Part shown: one piece after another, positions 17,954-25,551 of the stretch
Position numbering within the stretch: the first letter of the stretch is position 1
Layout of the letters: each line of letters opens with the position of its first letter
DNA from: Candidatus Kuenenia stuttgartensis
GTDB taxonomy: Bacteria > Planctomycetota > Brocadiia > Brocadiales > Brocadiaceae
DNA: 32,000 nucleotides
Assembly: GCF_900232105.1 (NCBI RefSeq)
Contig: NZ_LT934425.1
Location: 3,450,001 to 3,482,000 of the forward strand
Direction: 5' to 3'
Made by a program: the position numbers and the translations under genes
Notes under the pieces: generated by a model
Seen by the model: the letters and a program-made list of their open reading frames with translations, nothing else
Told to the model about the DNA's origin: nothing
The model's database searches: none

Positions 17954-18044
17954 GTAACACTTTAGTTATATGAAAAAAACGCTCGTTCCCAAGCTCCGGC
18001 TTGGGAACGAGCATTTTTGTTTTTTCAAAAAACTAAAGTGTTAC
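17954..18044. mobile_element. 91-bp minimal GTAACAC-family element (TIR, 14-bp hairpin, TIR)
   Basis: gtaacactttagttatatgaaaaaa (17954-17978), hairpin 17981-18012, and tttttcaaaaaactaaagtgttac (18021-18044). Confidence 0.9.
17973..18025. terminator. Bidirectional intrinsic terminator formed by the element's hairpin
   Basis: Perfect 14-bp stem gctcgttcccaagc / gcttgggaacgagc with loop tccg (17981-18012). It is followed by atttttgtttttt on the plus strand and preceded by aaaaaaac, which gives a T-run on the minus strand. It lies just downstream of the SCP2 stop at 18051. Confidence 0.6.
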
Positions 18045-18050
18045 AATTAT

Positions 18051-18416
18051 TTACATATACCCGACCAGTATATTCATCTTCAACGCTAACAGGATATCCC
18101 CTTTAATATCAGCTTTACCCTGAAAAAAAGCCTGTTGAGGGGTTATTTCCCTTTTCACTATGGAGAGGAACGTTGCGCTGTCCAAAAGGAAGACGCATGT
18201 CGGATTATCAATCGTTCTTTTTGTTACCTCTCTTACAAGCCCTTTTTCAATTACAACGTTCCACACCCCCTCACTATCATCAGTTATCTGAAATTGGATA
18301 ATGGCATTCAGGGTATCGATTTTGGGAAGGGGGGATTTGTTTACCCTGTCCATGAATAGTGACTCAAAATATTCCCTGTGCGTGAGTATTGCGGGTATTT
18401 CAGGCCTTTCGCTCAT
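18051..18416 (-). CDS. SCP2 (sterol-carrier-protein-2 fold) lipid-binding domain protein
   Basis: 121-aa ORF. C-terminal AFFQGKADIKGDILLALKMN matches the SCP2 signature (G-k-l-k-i-k-G-d...a-l-k-l). The start overlaps the reductase stop by 4 nt (ATGA). Confidence 0.8.
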   Translation of the reverse strand: MSERPEIPAILTHREYFESLFMDRVNKSPLPKIDTLNAIIQFQITDDSEGVWNVVIEKGLVREVTKRTIDNPTCVFLLDSATFLSIVKREITPQQAFFQGKADIKGDILLALKMNILVGYM

Positions 18417-19660
18417 ATGTTTGACACCAAACTATTGTTACCGGTCTTTTGGTGATCCCCTGTTCCTTCCACTTCGTATTCTCTTTCTCGGTATTCCCTG
18501 TCCGCTCCTTTCTTTCCCCATTTTGTTTGTATTGCGTATTGAATACTACGGCTAATAAACTCCTGTGTTATTAATGGACAGTCTATATTTGCACCTGCGA
18601 GAAAGGCCCTTGTATTTGCAGAATCAAAACAAGCTTCTCCAAACATGTATGGCTGAAACGCCTTGTTTCTTCTGAAAAAACTCTTTTCCAATGCATTTGG
18701 TGCGGAGGCACTAAATTCATGTTGCGGGACGACTCTTACGCGGTAAATACCGGTGGCAACTTTTAACCATTCCGCAATCTCTTCTATCGTGGGGGGCGTA
18801 GGGTTGACAATATGAAATATTTTGCCTGCGGCCTCCTCTTGTTTGGAGATATGAAAAATAGCATTTGTCGCATAGTCTATCGGGATAAGATTTATCGTGC
18901 TGTGTTTATCTCCGGGTATTCTCAATGAAACAGGGCGTACCTCATGCCTTCCCTGAATAAGGCTGTCGTTTCCTGATTTCCTTCGTGTTTCATAATCATT
19001 AAGACAAACAAGCTCCCTGCAAAATGCATAAATATTATCGTAGTTTTTTGTGTACCCTGTTATTGAATCGCCGGCAATAATACTGGGACGGTAAACGGTT
19101 AACGGAATACCCTGTTGTTTTGCTAATGAGGAGATGCGTCTTTCCGCCTCATATTTTGATTGTTCATAGTTATTATTGAATTTCTGCCCCTTCTCAAGCT
19201 CATGTTCAAAGACGATTCCTCTTCTGTTTCCCGCTACATATGCAGTACTCACATAATGAAAACGCTTGACTTTCTTCCGTGCGCAGAATCCGGCGACGTG
19301 CAACGAACCATATATATTAGTTTGAGTAAGAATATCGTTCGCATCATTTTCAAATTTTGTGGCGGCAGCGCAGTGCACCACCATATCAACAGTGCCTGCC
19401 AGCCGTAAATAATCTGCTTCAGATAATCCCAGATTTTCCGTTGAAATATCTCCTTCAAGTAGTTCAATACGATCGGAAAATGCATTTCTTTCCTCTGTCG
19501 TTTTATCCGGGAAGATTTTATCCATCTTCTCCTTTAACGGCAATCCCCGTAGATTTCTTGCAATAATCCTGAGACGATATCCTTCCTCCAGATATTTACT
19601 TGCAAGGCAACCGCCAAGGAATCCGGTTGCTCCCGTAATAAGCAGTGTTTTCATTCTCAT
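18413..19660 (-). CDS. NAD(P)-dependent fatty-acyl / thioester reductase-type SDR (NAD_binding_4, 'male sterility' domain)
   Basis: Motifs TGATGFLGG, GDISTENLGLSEADY, VHCAA, YVSTAYV and YEQSKYEAE (YxxxK). The ORF in the track opens at a TTG (19687), but the ATG at 19660 or 19654 just before the Rossmann motif is more likely. Confidence 0.85.
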   Translation of the reverse strand: MRMKTLLITGATGFLGGCLASKYLEEGYRLRIIARNLRGLPLKEKMDKIFPDKTTEERNAFSDRIELLEGDISTENLGLSEADYLRLAGTVDMVVHCAAATKFENDANDILTQTNIYGSLHVAGFCARKKVKRFHYVSTAYVAGNRRGIVFEHELEKGQKFNNNYEQSKYEAERRISSLAKQQGIPLTVYRPSIIAGDSITGYTKNYDNIYAFCRELVCLNDYETRRKSGNDSLIQGRHEVRPVSLRIPGDKHSTINLIPIDYATNAIFHISKQEEAAGKIFHIVNPTPPTIEEIAEWLKVATGIYRVRVVPQHEFSASAPNALEKSFFRRNKAFQPYMFGEACFDSANTRAFLAGANIDCPLITQEFISRSIQYAIQTKWGKKGADREYREREYEVEGTGDHQKTGNNSLVSNI

Positions 19661-19891
19661 CGTCTTTACTAACGGTATTATTTTCAAATGAATAAAAAAA
19701 TATATATGCCGCTAACATGAGCAATGATAGTGCCATGTATTGTGTAAAGTTGCTATAGAGTTGTATGGCAATAATACATCGATACTTATGGGAAATGGTT
19801 TTTATTTTTGGAGAAAACGGAGGTTTTTAGAGGGCTAAAATGTGTAACAATTACATGTGCTGTTTGTAATTATTACAATCGTTTTGACAAG

Positions 19892-21448
19892 TTAGTTTTT
19901 TTGGGAAATTTCAAATAATGAAAATCCTTCAAACGTAACGATGTGCGAAAATTGTTTGTCTGACAGGGGATTATTTTTACCTTTTTTTACTATAAGAATG
20001 GTTTCTGGATTAACGAGTGATGACTGAAGGTCAAAATAGATATCCGGCACTTCCCTTACGTTCCTCGCATCCCAGTGTGGTAGATAATAATCGAAGAACC
20101 TTTTTTTCCCATCAAAGCAATAAATTCTGACAGAGGTATTTTTGAAATGTGTTTTAATATACTGAATGAGTTGTGTTGACGCCGGAACACTGCGACGATG
20201 TTGGATAATTGCAGTGAGAGAGAGTGAAGAGGTTGCAATAATAAGCGTTATAACAAGGATCAGGAAAAGTCTTTTCCCCCAAACTTCGCATATTTTCCCT
20301 AATCCAAACGCAATAAACATTAGGATTAATGGGAGCAGCGGTAGAAAATGGCGTGTGTTTGCAACGTTTTGCCCAAAGATTATCCAAATCGTGTAGGGAA
20401 CTGCATACATTATGCAGAAAAACCGTTTGCCGTCTGCCGGAAAAAACCGAAAGGCGAATAATATGGAAAGCACTGCAATAGCGAACTGAATGACGCTGAG
20501 ATAATAAAGAGTATGCCGCCAGTCGCCTAACTCTAATTCCAAAAAAGGCCGGACAATACACAGCACCCTTTCCCATCCGCCAAAGGTGAGTACAGAGCCG
20601 CCCCAATCCGTAAAATGTCCATGTGTAAAGGAAAAAGCGTGGTAAAAAAAAGGGGTTATCCCCGTGTAATTTATTTGAGGAATAAACCACAGGCATATAC
20701 CAGCAAAAAGTCCAGTGATGCCAAAAAAGATACTATTCATTTCAAGATGTATTCGGTGAAAGGCGTAGTACAGCAAAGTTCCCATCCATAAAAGAACAAA
20801 GGGAAAATACGAAAGCCTGACCCCAAGGCCAATACCTAAAAACAAGCTGCCAAAGAAAAGACAGTATCCGCCATATAAATGCGCATTCTTTTTCACACGC
20901 CAAAAAAGATGGTATGAAACGGAAGCATTTTTCCCATAATTCAGCGTACATGCCCCGTAACGTGCGGCATCAAAGGCAGAAAAAAGGAATTTTATGGACA
21001 ATAGTATAAAAAACGTACCGGTAGTGTCGGAAGCCGGTCTTTCTGACTGCATCCAGCATAAAGGATTTATTGTGTAAAGGATGGCTGTCAGGATAGCCGT
21101 TTTTTCAGCAAACATACTGCGGGTGAGAAAGGAGAGAGGAAATATCGTGAGGCTTCCAAAAAATACGCCCGGCAACGTCAGTGCTGCAACATCGCTGTGA
21201 AATATTTTTAAAAACAAATACGATATGAAAATATATACAGGATAGCCCGGGAAGTGCGGTTGATGAAGGGAAATATCATAATCATGAAGCCCCATGGCAA
21301 AGTTAATACTGTCTTCATTTTCCAGGTATTTGTCCACAAAGAAAAATCGCAGGAAAAGGCAGAGAAAAAAAAGGACTGTTATTTTAATATTAAAAGAAAA
21401 TTTCATAAAACGTGTAGTGGAAAACAGGGGGTATCCCTTATGGTTCAC
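19892..21448 (-). CDS. GT-C-fold polytopic membrane glycosyltransferase-like protein (ArnT/PMT/DUF2723-type)
   Basis: 518-aa ORF with many TM helices. The first periplasmic loop EDSINFAMGLHDYDISLHQPHFPGYPVY resembles the D-x-x-E/F...H-P-P-G-Y-P loop of this family. The first codon is GTG (21448), with an alternative ATG at 21406. Confidence 0.65.
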   Translation of the reverse strand: MNHKGYPLFSTTRFMKFSFNIKITVLFFLCLFLRFFFVDKYLENEDSINFAMGLHDYDISLHQPHFPGYPVYIFISYLFLKIFHSDVAALTLPGVFFGSLTIFPLSFLTRSMFAEKTAILTAILYTINPLCWMQSERPASDTTGTFFILLSIKFLFSAFDAARYGACTLNYGKNASVSYHLFWRVKKNAHLYGGYCLFFGSLFLGIGLGVRLSYFPFVLLWMGTLLYYAFHRIHLEMNSIFFGITGLFAGICLWFIPQINYTGITPFFYHAFSFTHGHFTDWGGSVLTFGGWERVLCIVRPFLELELGDWRHTLYYLSVIQFAIAVLSILFAFRFFPADGKRFFCIMYAVPYTIWIIFGQNVANTRHFLPLLPLILMFIAFGLGKICEVWGKRLFLILVITLIIATSSLSLTAIIQHRRSVPASTQLIQYIKTHFKNTSVRIYCFDGKKRFFDYYLPHWDARNVREVPDIYFDLQSSLVNPETILIVKKGKNNPLSDKQFSHIVTFEGFSLFEISQKN

Positions 21449-21712
21449 TCTCTTTCTTTTGCTCTTGTGCAGGATTCATGTATCAATTTAATCGAGAAAA
21501 ATAATGTACAAGAGCAGGCAATGATTATCTCTTTGGATATCAAGGAAATAAAAAAAGTATGGAAACTTGCGCAAAGAATATTGTTGATTTTCACTGCATC
21601 AAGATGTAACTAAGATAAGATATGGGTTTCTGTTCAGTCCCTCATGGCTTTACCGGCGGTTTCCTTCGAAAACACTTTTTCTCTACATATTTCGCATATG
21701 AGCACAGACAAG

Positions 21713-21759
21713 AATCTCCAGGCGGGGTCAGGTTACCAGCCTGAACCCGTCTGGAGATT
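21713..21759. repeat. Extended imperfect hairpin module (aatctccag..ggggtcagg-loop-cctgaaccc..ctggagatt)
   Basis: 9-bp outer stem and 9-bp inner stem (8/9 paired) with a 7-nt loop. The inner part is homologous to ggctcaggttgcaaacctgaacc at about 17716-17738. Confidence 0.7.
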
Positions 21760-21910
21760 GAACCTGATAGTCCGAACCGGATCTGAGGTGTAACCTGTCT
21801 CTCCGTTAACAATGTCAAACGTTTGGGTTCGGTCGGGGACGATTTAATCAATAGAAACCGGGTGACCCTATTGTTCTTTTATCTTTGTCGTAATAATAAT
21901 AAGTAAAACA

Positions 21911-23668
21911 ATGACTTTAAAGAAAACAGTTTTATATTTTGATAGAATAAAAAAATTCATCAAGGTTGATCTCTGGGTTGAGGTGAGAGAGACCTCTGCT
22001 ATCCTGTGGATTTTGCGCCGGGTGGTAAAATTTTGTGCCCTCGTAGTAAGCGAATTCACTGAAGGCCGATGTCTGTTAAAGGCATCAGCGCTAACCTTCA
22101 TTTCAATTGTATCACTTATTCCACTCATGGCTTTTGTTTTATCTGTTTCAAAAGGACTTGGTGCTGAAAAAGTGCTGGATCAAAAAATCAACACCAATAT
22201 TTTTAATCTACCAGGCGGTGAGATGGTTTCTGCCTTTATCAGTTTTAAGCAGGGGCTTTTTCAACAGATTGACAAGCTTGATTTTTCAGAACCTGCTGCC
22301 CGTGAAGAGATTCTCAGCGCTATCGAGGCCTTTGAAGGGTTCATTCTTCCCCCTGGAGGAGAAATACTTTCTACAAAACCCTATACATCAGGGGATTCCT
22401 CTAACGACAACACTCATGATGCATCTTATGAGCAAATATCGGCAGCCGCAAAAGAAGAAGAAGCGAAAACAGCCATTAAAAAATACAAAGAGGAACTTAC
22501 ATATATCATGGCATCTGTAGATTTTAGCAGTGAAGAAGCAAAAAATGAACTGAAAGAACGTATCGAATCTTCTGTCCTTTCCATGCCTTCAAACATCAGC
22601 TTAAATGCTTTCCTGTATAAAAAACAAATTATGCACTTTGTCGACAGAACAAGTTTTAGTTACCTTGGTGCAATCGGGCTCACATTTCTCCTCTTTTTTG
22701 TAATCAACACGATAGGTAATATTGAGACCTCCTTTAATGATATTTGGAAGATTAAAAAATCCCGTTCGGTTTTCAGAAAGTTTACCGACTACACCAGCAT
22801 AATGTTTGTCTTTCCCATTCTTATTCTGACATCGACAACAATTACGGCTGTTTTAACGAATGAAAAACTCGTCACCCTCTTAAATAAAATAGGGATCGGC
22901 AAGATTTATTTGAGTACGTTGGGGTTGTTTTTGCCTATTGTTGCGCTGTGGATGGCATTTATTTCCGTTTATATTTTTCTGCCAAACACCAGGGTGAGGG
23001 TCATTCCGGGGATAATCGGCGGGATTATAGGCGGAACGCTTTTTTATATACTCCAGGTCTTTTATTTTAAAAGCCAGATAGGACTTGCACGATATAACCT
23101 GATTTATGGCGCATTCGCAGCAGTCCCTTTCTTTCTGTTGTGGTTGCAGATGAGCTGGAACGTTGTTCTTTTTGGAGCAGTGATTTCATATGTTATCCAA
23201 AACATACGGTTTATTAAGCTGAAAAGTCAAGCCATTGATATAAACTATGCATCAAGGGAACTTTTGGGACTTTTTATTATGGAACGGATATCCTCACAGT
23301 TTTTATACGGAAAGGGCGAACGATGGTCAACGGAGGGGTTATCCGGAGCGCTGAGCATTCCCATTGAAACCGTTCAAGAGATTATCTCCGAACTTTCCAA
23401 GGCATCCCTGATTGTAGAAATCCCCACAGAAAAATATTTATACTACATGCCTGGGAAGGACTTAGATGCAATCCACTTGGATGAAATACTATTTGCGATG
23501 AGAAATTTTGGTGAAAAATACATGCCTGTTTCTCTGTCACCTTTGGACCAAAAAATGGTAAAACTTCTTGACGACCTCCAGGATGCTATAAAGCATCGTA
23601 TGAGATTTACCATGAAAGATATTATTCAGGATGCGGGGGCGCAGAACATGGTCACATGTAATCAGTAA
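21911..23668 (+). CDS. YihY/BrkB-family inner-membrane protein with a long internal insert and a soluble C-terminal extension
   Basis: 585-aa ORF. Motif LKASALTFISIVSLIPLMAFVLSV and the TM cluster at residues about 250-440 are typical of the family. An acidic or low-complexity insert spans residues about 85-250, and a C-terminal soluble region covers about 140 aa. There is a weak RBS at the annotated ATG. Confidence 0.8.
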   Translation: MTLKKTVLYFDRIKKFIKVDLWVEVRETSAILWILRRVVKFCALVVSEFTEGRCLLKASALTFISIVSLIPLMAFVLSVSKGLGAEKVLDQKINTNIFNLPGGEMVSAFISFKQGLFQQIDKLDFSEPAAREEILSAIEAFEGFILPPGGEILSTKPYTSGDSSNDNTHDASYEQISAAAKEEEAKTAIKKYKEELTYIMASVDFSSEEAKNELKERIESSVLSMPSNISLNAFLYKKQIMHFVDRTSFSYLGAIGLTFLLFFVINTIGNIETSFNDIWKIKKSRSVFRKFTDYTSIMFVFPILILTSTTITAVLTNEKLVTLLNKIGIGKIYLSTLGLFLPIVALWMAFISVYIFLPNTRVRVIPGIIGGIIGGTLFYILQVFYFKSQIGLARYNLIYGAFAAVPFFLLWLQMSWNVVLFGAVISYVIQNIRFIKLKSQAIDINYASRELLGLFIMERISSQFLYGKGERWSTEGLSGALSIPIETVQEIISELSKASLIVEIPTEKYLYYMPGKDLDAIHLDEILFAMRNFGEKYMPVSLSPLDQKMVKLLDDLQDAIKHRMRFTMKDIIQDAGAQNMVTCNQ

Positions 23669-23730
23669 GTTTATTATGGAACATGGGATTATGCCGGAAT
23701 AATGAACCAGAATAATGAAATTGTAAAAAT

Positions 23731-23840
23731 ATTTATGTTTAGGAATTTTAATATTTTTGTAGAGACGCATTGCATGCGTCTGGAAACTGCTGCGCGTAAA
23801 GAATATGTTGACACAGCGGAAAGACGCATGCAATGCGTCT
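23731..23840. repeat. Twin-hairpin element, copy B (flank on the opposite side relative to copy A)
   Basis: Flank atttatgtttaggaattttaatatttttgtag (23731-23762) is the reverse complement of the copy A flank. Then come agacgcattgcatgcgtct (23763-23781), the core (23782-23821) and agacgcatgcaatgcgtct (23822-23840). Confidence 0.85.
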
Positions 23841-24042
23841 ATACATTGACAGCCACCAGACAGATAGTAAATCACGATTTGGCTTCTGTGAACCAGATAT
23901 CCTGACGGATTGCAAAAAATCGTTGGTATTGCATTTTAATACCTTTGCAGCTTTGAGTGAGGTTGCAAAAGTAGTCGTTGATGCCTTAAGGGAAGTTTTC
24001 GGTTAATTGATACAAATGAGGAGAACTTATAGCGTTGCACAA

Positions 24043-24060
24043 TGTAACACAAAGTGTTAT
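24043..24060 (+). promoter_or_regulatory. Palindrome tgtaacac-aaa-gtgttat upstream of the RHH gene (possible operator)
   Basis: Arms pair 6/7, and the site ends 25 nt upstream of the ATG at 24085. RHH antitoxins commonly autoregulate through such repeats. It also shares the GTAACAC core with the element termini, so it could instead be a repeat relic. Confidence 0.3.
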
Positions 24061-24084
24061 TGCGTATTAAAAGGAGGTGCGGAA

Positions 24085-24324
24085 ATGGGCACTACATTAA
24101 CAATAAGAATAGACGAAAAGACAAAGCAAAGGCTTGAATGTCTTGCTGCGGCTATGGCAAGATCAAAGTCCTATCTTGTGTCCACGGCAATCAATGAATT
24201 TATTGAGGCTAACGAATGGCAGATACGGGAGATTAAAAAAGCAGTTACGAAGGCTGACCAGCCCGATGGGGGAGCATTCCCGATTTTTTGTAAAAATGCC
24301 ATTAGCGGGGAGGGGAAGGAATAG
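24085..24324 (+). CDS. Ribbon-helix-helix (CopG/ParD-like) antitoxin-type protein, 3' end replaced by repeat sequence
   Basis: AGGAGG lies 7 nt upstream of the ATG at 24085. MGTTLTIRIDEKTKQRLECLAAAMARSKSYLVSTAINEFIE is a typical RHH beta-strand plus two helices. The tail GAFPIFCKNAISGEGKE is encoded by the inverted repeat starting at 24271. No toxin gene follows. Confidence 0.75.
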   Translation: MGTTLTIRIDEKTKQRLECLAAAMARSKSYLVSTAINEFIEANEWQIREIKKAVTKADQPDGGAFPIFCKNAISGEGKE

Positions 24325-24363
24325 TAACACAAGCTTCCAGTTTGAGGGTAAAATGCCACAAGT

Positions 24364-24471
24364 AGTCATCATGTTTCATTTGCAACACCCAGAAACGATG
24401 AAAATGGTTTTATAACCATATCATATTGCGGTACCTGTGCTTGAGCTATTTTTTGTAGTTTTACTTTCGAG
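24364..24471 (+). repeat. Direct repeat DR1 (108 nt)
   Basis: Differs from 24886-24994 by 10 substitutions and one 1-nt indel. The first 59 nt are identical apart from that indel. It contains the small hairpins catgtttc...gaaacgatg and atggttttataaccat. Confidence 0.85.
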
Positions 24472-24612
24472 TCGGAAACATCTGGCATTTCTGTTTCTGT
24501 ACCGGTTCAAATGTATAGGGCCATCCAAAAGGTATCAGCTTGTAATTTACAAGGTCTCTGCTTGTCATTGCAGCTAATCTTACACAATTCAGGCACCGTA
24601 GTGTACGCATGA

Positions 24613-24827
24613 CAGCTTGTCATTGCGAGGGTCTTTTCCGAAGCAATCAATATACTACGAGATATTTCGTGACATAAGAGACGCCATATCGCGGGAGAAA
24701 GAAACAAATTAAGGGTGGCTCAAGGGCTAAAAAAATAGAATTAATTAATGGAATGAATGCAGGATGGAAGGATCTCTATTACGGTTTATGAGGTTGCTTC
24801 GGAAAAGACCCTCGCAATGACAAGCTG
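24613..24827. repeat. Perfect 34-bp inverted repeat separated by 147 nt
   Basis: cagcttgtcattgcgagggtcttttccgaagcaa (24613-24646) is the exact reverse complement of 24794-24827. Partial extra copies of the cattgcgag module lie at about 24559-24575 and 24834-24856. Confidence 0.9.
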
Positions 24828-24885
24828 AAAAAAAGACCCTCGCAATGACAAAACGGATACCCGCGTAATGGCAAAATGAGTCATC

Positions 24886-24994
24886 AGTCATCATGTTTCA
24901 TTTGCAACACCCAGAAACGATGAAAAATGGTTTTATAACCATATCGTGTTGTAGTATCTGTACTTAAACTATTTTTTGTAGTCTTATTTTCGAG
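24886..24994 (+). repeat. Direct repeat DR2 (109 nt)
   Basis: See DR1. The offset is 522 nt, and the pair brackets the 34-bp inverted repeat. Confidence 0.85.
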
Positions 24995-25065
24995 CCAGGA
25001 TGCTTGTGTTACAATGTACAATTAGTTAACCAAAAATCTGGAATGCGCCCTGTTGTTCAAACTAT

Positions 25066-25322
25066 GTCCCCCGCTGGCGGGGGTGCAGGGGGTGGACTGG
25101 ATTTCTCCATCGATTCAACTACCCCTTTATTATGAAAACAAATTTGACCCTCTTTCCCACGCTCCGCAGACTGGTCAAATGGACAATTTTATCCTGTTTC
25201 GTGACATGCATTCCCGCAGAACGTAGGAATGAGAAGAAAAATTTATGGCTATTCATGTTATAAACCTCCCAGATTTCCTCCGCAGACAATTCCACCCCCT
25301 TAATCCCCCGCCAGCGGGGGAC
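25066..25322. repeat. Inverted pair of the tccaccccc..cccccgccagcgggggac module
   Basis: 25066-25096 and 25291-25322 are reverse complements except for 3-4 central nt. A third, forward copy lies at about 25958-25988. Confidence 0.8.
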
Positions 25323-25398
25323 AGGCTTGCCACATCCCTTGCAGCGTTGTTTTGCCCCAATCACACAAACGGTTACAAAAAATCGGGAATGCTCCTGT

Positions 25399-25551
25399 TG
25401 GGTTTCACTTACGTATGTTAGATTAGCTAAATCGAGGGGTTTTCGCAATCACGAACTGGCCGAGATTGAAAGAATTTTGGTAGAATATCAAAATTACGTT
25501 TTAGAAATGTGGCGAAAGGAGGAGAAGAAACGTGGCAACCACGAAAGTTAA
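25399..25551 (+). pseudogene. 3' fragment of a small-protein gene (as I recall, the DUF4160-like PPHxH family, usually paired with DUF2442), truncated by the 23-bp repeat
   Basis: WVSLTYVRLAKSRGFRNHELAEIERILVEYQNYVLEMWRKE resembles the C-terminal half (W-L-x-P-V-x-L-A-x-S-x-G-F...E-L..I..I..E....L..W) of that family. The N-terminal half with the His motif is absent, and the similarity begins right after the repeat end at 25395. Confidence 0.4.

Larger units (their letters stand above)
24271..25395. mobile_element. 1125-bp block bounded by perfect 23-bp inverted repeats (ggagcattcccgattttttgtaa)
   Basis: 24271-24293 is the exact reverse complement of 25373-25395. The interior is non-coding and built from nested repeats. 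The two ends abut a truncated RHH gene and a truncated small-protein gene. Confidence 0.8.

Noticed and set aside
17697-18014. 105-aa ORF, and similar ORFs at 7853-8077, 21642-21851, 23537-23905, 25119-25448, 31140-31370 and 31281-31598
   Set aside because: They are concatenations of repeat modules read through in one frame. Shared peptides such as EHSRFFV, VPKxxLGN and VETHCMRL come from the repeats. They have no RBS and no domain signal.
21614-21870. Known housekeeping ncRNA (RNase P RNA, SRP RNA, tmRNA, 6S RNA)
   Set aside because: I could not find the conserved cores (GAGGAAAGTCC, the GGAAGCAGCC-type SRP loop, or the tmRNA tRNA-like ends). A short resemblance to ggctggtaac and acagaaaccc is too weak.
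24324-25012. 15-bp inverted repeat gtaacacaagcttcc / ggatgcttgtgttac as the ends of a nested 689-bp element
   Set aside because: A 14/15 match within 700 bp is expected about once by chance in this window. It is suggestive only because it shares the GTAACAC core, so it is not reported as a feature.
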